This document shows positions 29,795 through 37,978 of a DNA stretch of 37,978 nt, piece by piece. The position numbers and the translations under genes are program-made. The notes beneath the pieces are model-generated. The model did not search any database, was not told the origin of the DNA, and saw only the letters and a list, made by a program, of their open reading frames with translations. Position 1 is the first letter of the stretch. Each line of letters begins with the position of its first letter. The stretch comes from a virus (Duplodnaviria > Caudoviricetes), in IMG/VR virus record IMGVR_UViG_3300025066_000066, positions 1-37,978 of that record; one strand, written 5' to 3'.

Positions 29795-32483
29795 TTTTGA
29801 TTTAACAAGTCTGGTTTCTGAATCAGAAAAATATGATGATTTTTTAGCTAAAGCACCTAAAGTTCCTAAGCCGAGCAAAGAAGGTACCGGGCGAGGTTCG
29901 TCTGAGGTAAAGATTCAAACTGCTTTGGGTTACAAGGCCCGAGGTTTTAAAGGCCAGGATGGTAAGGTTGATGGCTCTCAACAAACTGCATATCAAAATG
30001 CGCTTACTTATTTGCAAGGTGCTGTAGAAGCCGGTGACTTAGAAAGAAAAGATATTCCAGGCGAGGTCAAAGACAATGTGCCAAGCGCAGTTGGAGATAG
30101 ATATAAAGACAGAGAACAAGATCCATCGCGAGATGATGAAAAAAAAGGTAAGGTTACTAAAAAGAAGAAGAAATATGATTGGCGCGGCCAACGACACAAG
30201 CCTGAAGGGAAAAACGATCGCCCATCTCCTTCTCAAATAAATGACTTAAGAATGCAGATGTTTAATGGAAGAACTGGAGTATCTTCGGATTGGGCGGGTA
30301 AGGCTGATTCTACTCCGGATAGTGATCCACCTTCCGATGCTATGGCCAGAACAACAGCCATTGATACAGGGTTTCCAAAGGGAAAAGAAAAAAGGAAATC
30401 AAACATAACTGGTGAAATGGCTGCGCCAGCTCCAGGCAATGCGGGCTCAATGATGAATGAAGTGTTTTCGGTTGAGGGTTGTAATATAGCCGAAGCGTTT
30501 TATGAGAGGTTCGGCACACCTCCTACAGTTGATGAAATGATGGCTATATTACAAGAACAATTTGGAGATAGTCAGCTAGCAAAAGATAATGACGGACCTA
30601 GTGGATCTAAATATCAAGAAAAATTAAGAGTATCGGCAGAAGCTAGTCTTACTAAATTTGATAGGTTGCAAAATGGACTTAGTAAAACTGCGGATAGTGA
30701 TCCACCATTTGGCGTTGATGAAAATGGTAATTCAACAGTTATAAGGCCACCTTCAGAATTTTATGGTGCAGCTGACTCTATAGAAGCTCAAGTAAACATG
30801 GTAAAGGCTGTGGAGTATCCAGCTAAAATATATGGTCCAGATGGCCCAATTGAATCAATAAATAAAACGCCTCAAGCTGAAGAAGAGTTAATAGGCGCTA
30901 TAATTGCTCTCGCTAAAAGTAGTAACGATCCTGAATGGGCTGCATTAAGTAAGAATCCCGATGCCAAAAACAGAAAACCAGATATAGAAAAAATACGAGC
31001 CTATGTTGATCAACTATTAGATGATCCTATTTCTGATGAAGACAATCATCAAAAAGTAAAAAAGTTTGCAGAAATTTTAGCTGCTTCAAGTGGTGGTGGT
31101 GCTAACCCTGGTGATTCAGCTACTTTTGTACGGGATGCATCGGGCAATTTAATGATGATGTTCCATTCTGATAAATTGGATAGAGCCGATCAACAAACAA
31201 ACTCTACTATGGCTGCAGAATCTAGACAGCAACGCCGATACATTGATGATTTCGCTGCTCGCGGCGTAATAAGCGAAGAACAACAAGCTGCAGCAGAAGA
31301 AATAATGAATGAAACAGAAGCGGCAATAGAAGAGGTGAAGAGTCGTGATGAAACTCCAACGGTTATTAAACGAATACAAGAACTTGACGGTGAGAAGAAA
31401 GAGGTTGCTTTAGCTGCTGTGAAAATACTGGCGCAAGATAGAGATCCTAATCCTATGGATAAAGCAGGTACAGATGACCCGGAAGAGTATTTAAACTGGT
31501 TGTTAGAAAAGGATGGGATTACTGCCGAAGAAGCTAAAACAATAAATCGTGTTTTTGGTTTAATACAAGGAAAGCCTAAAGATTTAGCAGCTAACTTAGA
31601 TCACGACCTTGATCCCGAAGAGATGTTATCTATTGACGCTACTTCTATTAATGCCGAGAAAACTGCAGCAGAAATTAGAATTTTAGATGAGCGAAGAAGA
31701 AGGCTAGATGAAATTGAAACCACAATTAAAGGCCCGAATGGAGAACCAAGAGGGTTAGGTCAAGTTACAGCCGCCCAGCAAGTAGTAGATCAATATCATT
31801 TGTATGCAATGAATAATCCTAGTTCGTTGGCTTATCAATCTGGTATGTGTGCTAGTGTTATTGGTACGGATGTAGTGAATGCCGAGACACTTCGGGATTG
31901 TTTAGAAGTAGATAATACTGATGAATTATTAGGTAGGCTTATAACTGAAGCCCCTCGCCCAGCAGAAGATGATTTTCAGGATGAAGGAATAGGAGTACCT
32001 AATTCAATGCTGCAGCGCAGCACCGACTCTTTTGAAAGAGATGAAAATGGTGCAGTTTATTATTTCACTGTTAATGACGACGGCACTCCAAACGGCAAAA
32101 CTACTAACCCCGAAGATCCCAATATACAGAGATCTGGAAAAGAAAACAAACCTGTAAGGGTTGGAATTGCAACCGGCATTAAAATGAGTTCTACCTTTAT
32201 GAATAAAGAAGGCGATAGGTTTATGGTAGCTCAAAAGTCTGGTCGCACAAAAGGTGGTGTGGGAAGTAATTTGGAGACAGCTGGAGTTTATGGTAAGCAG
32301 TTGCAAAATTGTATTGGCGCAAAGGGCAAAGCCTCTTTACATCAAGAATCAGTGGGTTATAAATTAGTAAACATTCTTTCTGAAACACAAGAAAACACAT
32401 TAGCTCACCATTGGAAGATAGCCGAAGATAACTATCCTATTCATTACTTCATAAGGGAATTAAATAAGGATAGTTTAAACTAA
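29754..32483 (+). CDS. Large acidic hypothetical protein, possibly an internal virion protein with a divergent PD-(D/E)XK-like core
   Basis: 909-aa ORF with GAGGA RBS and a 41-bp overlap with the upstream gene. It has a disordered K/D-rich N-terminal region and the motif 'NPGDSATFV...MMMFHSDK'. The ORF is certain; the function is speculative. Confidence 0.5.
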   Translation: MNLRQIIRNQKLSNFDLTSLVSESEKYDDFLAKAPKVPKPSKEGTGRGSSEVKIQTALGYKARGFKGQDGKVDGSQQTAYQNALTYLQGAVEAGDLERKDIPGEVKDNVPSAVGDRYKDREQDPSRDDEKKGKVTKKKKKYDWRGQRHKPEGKNDRPSPSQINDLRMQMFNGRTGVSSDWAGKADSTPDSDPPSDAMARTTAIDTGFPKGKEKRKSNITGEMAAPAPGNAGSMMNEVFSVEGCNIAEAFYERFGTPPTVDEMMAILQEQFGDSQLAKDNDGPSGSKYQEKLRVSAEASLTKFDRLQNGLSKTADSDPPFGVDENGNSTVIRPPSEFYGAADSIEAQVNMVKAVEYPAKIYGPDGPIESINKTPQAEEELIGAIIALAKSSNDPEWAALSKNPDAKNRKPDIEKIRAYVDQLLDDPISDEDNHQKVKKFAEILAASSGGGANPGDSATFVRDASGNLMMMFHSDKLDRADQQTNSTMAAESRQQRRYIDDFAARGVISEEQQAAAEEIMNETEAAIEEVKSRDETPTVIKRIQELDGEKKEVALAAVKILAQDRDPNPMDKAGTDDPEEYLNWLLEKDGITAEEAKTINRVFGLIQGKPKDLAANLDHDLDPEEMLSIDATSINAEKTAAEIRILDERRRRLDEIETTIKGPNGEPRGLGQVTAAQQVVDQYHLYAMNNPSSLAYQSGMCASVIGTDVVNAETLRDCLEVDNTDELLGRLITEAPRPAEDDFQDEGIGVPNSMLQRSTDSFERDENGAVYYFTVNDDGTPNGKTTNPEDPNIQRSGKENKPVRVGIATGIKMSSTFMNKEGDRFMVAQKSGRTKGGVGSNLETAGVYGKQLQNCIGAKGKASLHQESVGYKLVNILSETQENTLAHHWKIAEDNYPIHYFIRELNKDSLN

Positions 32484-32538
32484 ATGGCTGCTTTATTAAC
32501 ATATACTAACGAAAAGGTTATAGGTAGGAGAATAAGTT

Positions 32539-32970
32539 ATGACGGCTGATACTTTGCTGCTGGCTACATTTTGTAAGGCCAGAGATGTAAAGGAGACAAT
32601 AGATTTAATTGCCACTGAGTTTGAAGTAGTTGGTGGCAAAATCTTTGTGCTTCAAGATGAGTCAGATAGATACAAAAAAATTCTAACCTATAATATTGTT
32701 AAAGAAGAAATTGTTTTTTCTGATGTGATTAAGAATACTATTTCCTTACATCGCAAGAAGGAAACCAACACTCTTTATACTTTGAATGCTTTAAACGAAG
32801 TAGTTAGAGATCAAAATAATGGCAATGTTGATCCCAAGTTTTCAGTAAATTGGGAGCCTCATCGCAATACTTTGTTGGTTACATATAAAGATGATGAAAC
32901 GGGTGAGCAATTTCTTAGGAGAATAGAAACAAGATTAGTTAGTATTGTTAATCTTGATGAAGAGAATTAG
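32539..32970 (+). CDS. Conserved hypothetical phage protein
   Basis: 143 aa with AGGAG RBS. 'LLLATF...IFVL...LTYNI...NTISLHRKKETNTLYTLNALN...VNW' is a pattern I recall from large uncultured myoviruses. Function unknown. Confidence 0.65.
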   Translation: MTADTLLLATFCKARDVKETIDLIATEFEVVGGKIFVLQDESDRYKKILTYNIVKEEIVFSDVIKNTISLHRKKETNTLYTLNALNEVVRDQNNGNVDPKFSVNWEPHRNTLLVTYKDDETGEQFLRRIETRLVSIVNLDEEN

Positions 32971-32991
32971 TACAATAAAGAAAGGTTCTAT

Positions 32992-35436
32992 ATGCTTGAC
33001 GATCAATCGTTGGTTTCTGTTTTATTGCTCACTGAAGATGCGGGCGATGATGATGTTTTTAGCACTTTTAAAAACATCACTGAACAAACTCACAAAAATT
33101 TAGATATTGTTGTTTCCACTTTCCGTGACGACATTGATGCGCTGAAGGAACGCTGTTCCGAATTACACCTTGATGTAAGGTGGGCGCAACAATCGCCTGG
33201 TGGCGATTTTATTGGAGAGCTTTTAGATCTTGCAGAAGGCGAGATTGCTTTTTATAAAACTGTTAATAATTGTTTATGGTTTCCTCGTCACATTCAAGCA
33301 CATATTGAAAGCTTCATAAGAGATAAGGGCACCAAGTGGGCTTTGTCTCATGTAGAAAACAGAAATATTGATCAGCATGATAGTCCCTATAACACATTAA
33401 GTTTTAGAATTGATAATCCACCTCACCCCGATAATATTACTCTTGATGAAATTTGCCATTACTGTAAAAACGATCATACTGATACAGGTATAGATATTGA
33501 TTGGTCCGCATGTTTGGTACAGAAAGATGAAGTACCTTTGTTTTATCCGGGATATGCCATTAAGCAATGGATTGAAGCAAAGCACCGCGGCACCGTTCCA
33601 GCAGAAATTACTGTAATTCAATGGATTAAGCCAGACGGTGGTGGCCCTAATGAAAGAGAGTTGGAAGATTTTTATCAGCAAGTTGGTGTACCTCAGACTA
33701 CAGAGATTAAAGAAGAGCCAGTAGAAACCGATGAAGGTATTGAGATTAAGAGAGTATTGCCAACGGTCGTGGGTAATCGTCACTTTAAGGAATACACCGA
33801 CAGTATTTTAACCGTTATTGACCAAACTGAAGATGTTAACTCTATTGGTCTTAAGCGGTCTATTGGTATGGGAGATGTAGTTGTAACAGAGCCTATTGTA
33901 AGAAAGATTAAGGAAAAGTGGCCTAACGCTAAGCTCACTTATTATACAGCGAAGCCCGACGTTATTAAGTATTTCAAAGCTCAACCCGACGAAGTCGTTA
34001 AGATTGACGATAATGATGTCGTAAAAGACACCCTGCATGATACAGACAATGAAATTAAGTTTGATTTAGACTTATCTTATGAATCAAGAGAAGAGACACC
34101 TTTCATTGATGCATATGCCGATGTAGTCAATATTGAGTTTGATAGTCAAGAAGATAAGCAAGTTTCATTAGTGTGTGATGAAGAGCCTTTGGTAAAGGAT
34201 AAGTATGTGGTTGTGTGTGGTGACGGCTCAGGTTGGCCTGGCAAGACTTGGGAGATGGAAAATTACGCTGAAGTAATTAAGCATATCAAGACATTAGGCT
34301 ATAAGGTTTATGAAACAGGATTAACTCATACTGAAGAAAGCGAACCAGAGTATCACGAATGTGAATTTGATAAGCTTATTAATTTGATTGCGAATTGTGA
34401 GTTTTATGTTGGGACTGATAATGGCCCGATGCATTTGGCCCGTGGTTTTGATAAGCCTTGTTTTATTATAGCTGGCGCTGCGTTGCCTTATTATAGCAAC
34501 CCAAATAGAGAGAATATATTTTACATCCAAGACGGAACCCACCCTGGCGTTGGAATTAAGCATAAGCAGTTTTTCAATCTTACTGATCAAGGTTTGACTT
34601 TTATGCCTTACTTTCCCGATGACCCAGCCTGCGGCCTTAATAATATAAAGCCTAAGCATGTAGTGACGGCTATTGAAAAGTTTTTTAATAAGCCTCTTAG
34701 TATTATTGATAATAGCCCCTGCGATTTTCATCTTAATGTGTCGGGTAATTTAGTAATGAGAGATGTGTTGCCGGGTTTTGCTTACTATAAGAGTCAAGAC
34801 ACAGGAATTGTTCAACGAGAAAATCCTTATTACCACCCCGATCAACGTTTAGATATTAGTCAAGTTTATGCTCAAGATAAGCATAATATTTGGGTTAATA
34901 ATTTTACCCCAATAATACAGGATTGGAGAGAGAAGAAAGGCAACGACCTAAAAGTTTTAGATGTAGGTTGTAATCTTGGTATCTTAGTGGAAGGTGCTAA
35001 TAATGAGGGGTTTGACATCCGCGGTATTGATATTAATAGACTTAGTATTAAGAGTGGTAAAGAGGCATGGCCGAAAGTCGCACATCTGTTGGAAGTAGGT
35101 GACTTTACACAACCTCAATCTGAAGAGGGTGTTTATGATGTTGTGGTGCTAAGCGATATTCTTAGTCATGTAGGGAATCCAATCGCTTTATTAAAAAATG
35201 CATTGCAGGTTGTTAAAGATGATGGTTTTATTTATATCAATATTGTTAACTTTGGTTGTGATAAAGCTAAAGAAGAGCTTCACCGTTGGGATGGTGTAGG
35301 TGTTGGTGAAAACATTACCCTATACGATAGACAAAGCTTTGCCAAGGTTGCCGATATGGTGGGTATAGAGTATGAAGATTATCGAACTGATGAACATGAT
35401 GAGATGATGTTCTTGCGATGCACGAAGAGAGGCTAA
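32992..35436 (+). CDS. Tri-domain fusion: degenerate GT2-like domain + glycosyltransferase family 9 (heptosyltransferase-like) + class I SAM methyltransferase
   Basis: GT2-like 'LVSVLLL...EQTHKNLDIVV...AEGEIAFY...WFPRHI'. GT9 'SIGMGDVVVTEPIVRKIKEKWPNAKLTY', 'WPGKTW' and 'LIANCEFYVGTDNGPMHLARGFDKP'. MTase 'KVLDVGCNLG...GIDIN...YDVVVLSDILSHVGNP...DGFIYI'. Confidence 0.8.
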   Translation: MLDDQSLVSVLLLTEDAGDDDVFSTFKNITEQTHKNLDIVVSTFRDDIDALKERCSELHLDVRWAQQSPGGDFIGELLDLAEGEIAFYKTVNNCLWFPRHIQAHIESFIRDKGTKWALSHVENRNIDQHDSPYNTLSFRIDNPPHPDNITLDEICHYCKNDHTDTGIDIDWSACLVQKDEVPLFYPGYAIKQWIEAKHRGTVPAEITVIQWIKPDGGGPNERELEDFYQQVGVPQTTEIKEEPVETDEGIEIKRVLPTVVGNRHFKEYTDSILTVIDQTEDVNSIGLKRSIGMGDVVVTEPIVRKIKEKWPNAKLTYYTAKPDVIKYFKAQPDEVVKIDDNDVVKDTLHDTDNEIKFDLDLSYESREETPFIDAYADVVNIEFDSQEDKQVSLVCDEEPLVKDKYVVVCGDGSGWPGKTWEMENYAEVIKHIKTLGYKVYETGLTHTEESEPEYHECEFDKLINLIANCEFYVGTDNGPMHLARGFDKPCFIIAGAALPYYSNPNRENIFYIQDGTHPGVGIKHKQFFNLTDQGLTFMPYFPDDPACGLNNIKPKHVVTAIEKFFNKPLSIIDNSPCDFHLNVSGNLVMRDVLPGFAYYKSQDTGIVQRENPYYHPDQRLDISQVYAQDKHNIWVNNFTPIIQDWREKKGNDLKVLDVGCNLGILVEGANNEGFDIRGIDINRLSIKSGKEAWPKVAHLLEVGDFTQPQSEEGVYDVVVLSDILSHVGNPIALLKNALQVVKDDGFIYINIVNFGCDKAKEELHRWDGVGVGENITLYDRQSFAKVADMVGIEYEDYRTDEHDEMMFLRCTKRG

Positions 35437-35437
35437 T

Positions 35438-35869
35438 ATGACTCCAGGTTATTTGTTAGATTTATTTATTATCAATGCTGTTAGAAGAGAAAAATTAGGC
35501 AACTCACTTGATGACGAGGTGAAGTTTGATCTTGAGAAACAGGATGGTTTCCTATTAAGAGAGATCGGGAAGTATATTATTGATATAGCCGACGGCAAGA
35601 GGCCCGGAACTTTCGCGAAACATAAGAACTATGATAAAGATGTTGGTGAAATGGAAAGCTCCAATCTCATAGAAACATTATACTTTTTATATAAACGGCA
35701 TGTAGAGTTGTGGGATTTGGAAGATCTTCGTCGCGACTTTGATAATAAATCAGATGATGAAAGATTGGCAGCAGCAGATTCTGTTTCTATTATAAATAAA
35801 AAAAGGAACGATCTCGTTGAGATGGTTGATAAGATTATTGATGGTAGAATAAAACAAACAAAGTTATGA
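35438..35869 (+). CDS. DUF4254-like helical protein
   Basis: 'HVELWDLEDLRR...INKKRNDLVEMVD' fits the DUF4254 pattern. The N-terminal 'TPGYLLDLFIINAVR' resembles the TPG..ID.L.I motif of the same family. Confidence 0.55.
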   Translation: MTPGYLLDLFIINAVRREKLGNSLDDEVKFDLEKQDGFLLREIGKYIIDIADGKRPGTFAKHKNYDKDVGEMESSNLIETLYFLYKRHVELWDLEDLRRDFDNKSDDERLAAADSVSIINKKRNDLVEMVDKIIDGRIKQTKL

Positions 35870-35898
35870 GGAAATCTCGCTGAGTAAGAGGAATTTAT

Positions 35899-36804
35899 AT
35901 GAAAACGATAATGGTTTCAGGGGCTGATGGGCAGTTAGTAAACGACATCCTAAAAGCCCTACAAAAAGAGGGTAATTTTCATGTTGTAGCCTACAACAGA
36001 AGTAGACTGGATGTAACAGATAAGCTACATTTAGAAACGGAATTTAAGAAGATAAACCCCGACTTTTTCATACAGGGCGCTTCCTATCATGTAGTCGAAG
36101 AAATCAATCAAAATCCCAAAAAGGCGTGTGATGTTAATATTGCCTCCCTTCATTACCTTTCTGATTTATGCAATGAATATAATTGCACTCTTATTAACTT
36201 CTCTACCAATTATGTATTCAGTGGCATCAAGCCGCTCGCGGAAGATTGGGATGAGTTAGAACACTATAATGAAATAGATGAGACACATCCTGTAAATCTT
36301 TATGGTATTTTAAAGCATGCCGGTGAGCAGGTAGTTTCTACATCCTGTGAAAAGTATTATAATATAAGAGTAAGTGGTTTGTTTGGTAAGACAGGCAGCC
36401 GAGCAAAGGGCGGTAAAAACTTTCCGTATATCATAAAAGAAAATCTTGAGAATAATGGAAAAGTTGAAGTAGTAGCGGATCAAATTGTTAATGTAAGCTA
36501 TACCGCTGATTTAGCTAAAGTTATTGTCGAAATGATGAAGCAAGAAGCTGAAGAAAAATATGGATTATATCATTTAGTTAATAAGGGCGGCTGCACATGG
36601 TATGAAGTAGCTGTTAAAATTGCAGAGGTTTTGGGTTATGGAAAAGATAAGATTAAGCCTATAGAAACTAAAGATTTTTATACTAATTTAAAAAGACCTC
36701 AAGACACATCTTTAAATGTATGGAAAGTAGAAAATAGATTTGGTGTGAAAATACCGCGATGGGAAGATGCGATAGAAAGGTTTTTTAGAAATGAGGTTTT
36801 GTAA
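35899..36804 (+). CDS. rmlD: dTDP-4-dehydrorhamnose reductase-like SDR (RmlD family)
   Basis: 'IMVSGADGQL', 'LDVTD', 'FSTNYVFSG', 'PVNLYGILKHAGE' (YxxxK), 'VVADQ', 'GLYHLVNKGGCTWYE', 'KRP...SL' and 'W.DAI'. Confidence 0.85.
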   Translation: MKTIMVSGADGQLVNDILKALQKEGNFHVVAYNRSRLDVTDKLHLETEFKKINPDFFIQGASYHVVEEINQNPKKACDVNIASLHYLSDLCNEYNCTLINFSTNYVFSGIKPLAEDWDELEHYNEIDETHPVNLYGILKHAGEQVVSTSCEKYYNIRVSGLFGKTGSRAKGGKNFPYIIKENLENNGKVEVVADQIVNVSYTADLAKVIVEMMKQEAEEKYGLYHLVNKGGCTWYEVAVKIAEVLGYGKDKIKPIETKDFYTNLKRPQDTSLNVWKVENRFGVKIPRWEDAIERFFRNEVL

Positions 36805-37358
36805 TGGAACACTTTTATGAAGATATATACGGGTTTTCGCAAAAAGATGTTTTTGCCTTATATAAAAAAATGGTTAGTAGGTTTGATTCAGGCTCTCATT
36901 TTGTAGAAGTGGGAGCTTTTTTAGGTAGATCTGCAGTTTTTATGGCTGTTGAGATTATAAATTCCGGAAAAAACATTAAGTTTGATTGTATAGATCATTG
37001 GGAAGGCTCAGAAGAGCATAACGATAATGATAAAGTGAATTTGGAAACTTTATATGAAGATTTTTTAGAGAATATTAAACCAGTAAAAGGCGCGGTGAAC
37101 CCTGTAAGAGCAAATAGTGTGGAAGCATCGCGGCTTTATAAGCCTAATTCTTTAGATTTTATTTTTATAGATGCGAGCCATGATGAAGAATCAGTAAAAG
37201 CAGATTTAGCATTTTGGATGCCGAGAATGAAAGATAATGGAGTTATTGCTGGTGATGATATAAATAATGAAGGTGTAGCAAATGCGGTAAGGTGGTTTTT
37301 TGATCATGAGAAACTTGATATTATTGGTAGACAATGGATGGTTGATTTAGGACAATAA
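36804..37358 (+). CDS. Class I SAM-dependent O-methyltransferase (Methyltransf_24 family)
   Basis: 'FVEVGAFLGRSA', 'CIDHWEGS', 'LDFIFIDASHDEESVKADL' and 'GVIAGDD'. TAATG coupling to rmlD. Confidence 0.85.
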   Translation: MEHFYEDIYGFSQKDVFALYKKMVSRFDSGSHFVEVGAFLGRSAVFMAVEIINSGKNIKFDCIDHWEGSEEHNDNDKVNLETLYEDFLENIKPVKGAVNPVRANSVEASRLYKPNSLDFIFIDASHDEESVKADLAFWMPRMKDNGVIAGDDINNEGVANAVRWFFDHEKLDIIGRQWMVDLGQ

Positions 37359-37369
37359 GGAGAATGGTT

Positions 37370-37816
37370 ATGATGAGATTTTGTCTAGATTTAGATAATA
37401 CGCTTGTAAATACAGAGGGAAGTGACTATGAAAGTAGCACTCCTATTCCGGAAGCAATAGAGAAGGTTAGAAAATATCATGCAAGGGGCGATCACATTAT
37501 CATTATGACTGCTCGTGGTTCGAGCAGTAAGAAAGACTGGCGTGAATTTACTGCGAAGCAGTTAGATGATTTTGGTATTCCTTACGACCAGTTGATAGTT
37601 GGCCTTAAACCCGGTGGCGTAGATGTTTTCGTAGATGATAAGGCAATCAATGCACTTGATTGGTTAGAAGATGAAGAAGCGGCATTTGCCAGAGTTGAAA
37701 CCAAAGAGCACAAGAAAAACATCCAAATCTTCGATCCCTACTTTCCATACGCAAAACAAATTTTTGATGAGCTTGGTGTTGATCCAAACGAATACCCAAA
37801 GAAGAGAGATGACTAA
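37370..37816 (+). CDS. HAD-superfamily phosphatase (capsule-biosynthesis phosphatase-like)
   Basis: Motif I 'DLDNTL', motif II 'TARG', motifs III/IV 'KP...DVFVDDKA'. The RBS AAGGAG (37357-37362) favours the ATG at 37370 over 37364. Confidence 0.8.
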   Translation: MMRFCLDLDNTLVNTEGSDYESSTPIPEAIEKVRKYHARGDHIIIMTARGSSSKKDWREFTAKQLDDFGIPYDQLIVGLKPGGVDVFVDDKAINALDWLEDEEAAFARVETKEHKKNIQIFDPYFPYAKQIFDELGVDPNEYPKKRDD

Positions 37817-37978
37817 TGAGCCAACCAGCAACTGAGATGCGATATGGTGGTAGATTCCATCAAGATGATAGAGGTATTCGTTATTGTGATGTCTTCCCAG
37901 AAATCGGCAAAGGCGACATCAATGTTTCTATCATCGAGGCGGGAGCGTGCTTAATGTGGCATCGCCATTATCACCAAG
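37816..37978 (+). CDS. RmlC-like cupin (dTDP-4-dehydrorhamnose 3,5-epimerase family), 3' truncated
   Basis: Not in the ORF track. My translation is MSQPATEMRYGGRFHQDDRGIRYCDVFPEIGKGDINVSIIEAGACLMWHRHYHQ, with the RmlC/cupin motifs 'DDRG', 'INVS' and 'WH.H..Q'. TAATG coupling to the upstream gene. Confidence 0.7.
   Translation, partial: MSQPATEMRYGGRFHQDDRGIRYCDVFPEIGKGDINVSIIEAGACLMWHRHYHQ

Noticed and set aside
165-34731. Numerous short minus-strand and alternate-frame ORFs in the track (60-136 aa)
   Set aside because: They lie within or largely overlap long, motif-bearing + strand genes and have no recognisable domains, so they are shadow ORFs.
1-37978. Stop-codon reassignment (alternative genetic code)
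   Set aside because: Coding density is near-complete under the standard code, and TAA, TAG and TGA all terminate genes directly before new starts.
1-37978. CRISPR array, tRNAs, diversity-generating retroelement, introns or inteins
   Set aside because: Intergenic gaps are all under about 85 bp. I saw no spaced repeats, cloverleafs, reverse transcriptase, adenine-variant repeat pairs, or clear intein/homing-endonuclease motifs, including in the 2208-aa ORF. Subtle cases cannot be excluded by eye.

Overview
This is a fragment of a large, AT-rich, lytic-type myovirus (jumbo-phage-like) genome. All supportable genes are on the + strand, tightly packed, in the standard genetic code, and many have AGGA/GGAG/GAGG ribosome-binding sites. 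Bases 1-29012 form a contractile-tail and baseplate module: tape-measure C-terminus, tube-initiator-like protein, LysM/gp53-like protein, a very large 2208-aa hub, OB-fold spike, gp25, gp6/J, wedge proteins, three paralogous fibre-attachment proteins and LamG-domain proteins. A late-sigma-like gene and a degenerate methyltransferase are embedded in this module. Bases 29054-32970 hold three uncharacterised phage genes. Bases 32992-37978 begin a glycan-biosynthesis cluster: a pseudo-GT2/GT9/methyltransferase fusion, a DUF4254-like protein, RmlD-like, an O-methyltransferase, a HAD phosphatase and a truncated RmlC-like cupin. The best candidate for a new system is phage-encoded virion glycosylation with methylated sugars acting on the Ser/Thr-Gly/Ala-rich tail proteins; this is inference. 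All calls come from motif recognition by eye, with no database searches.
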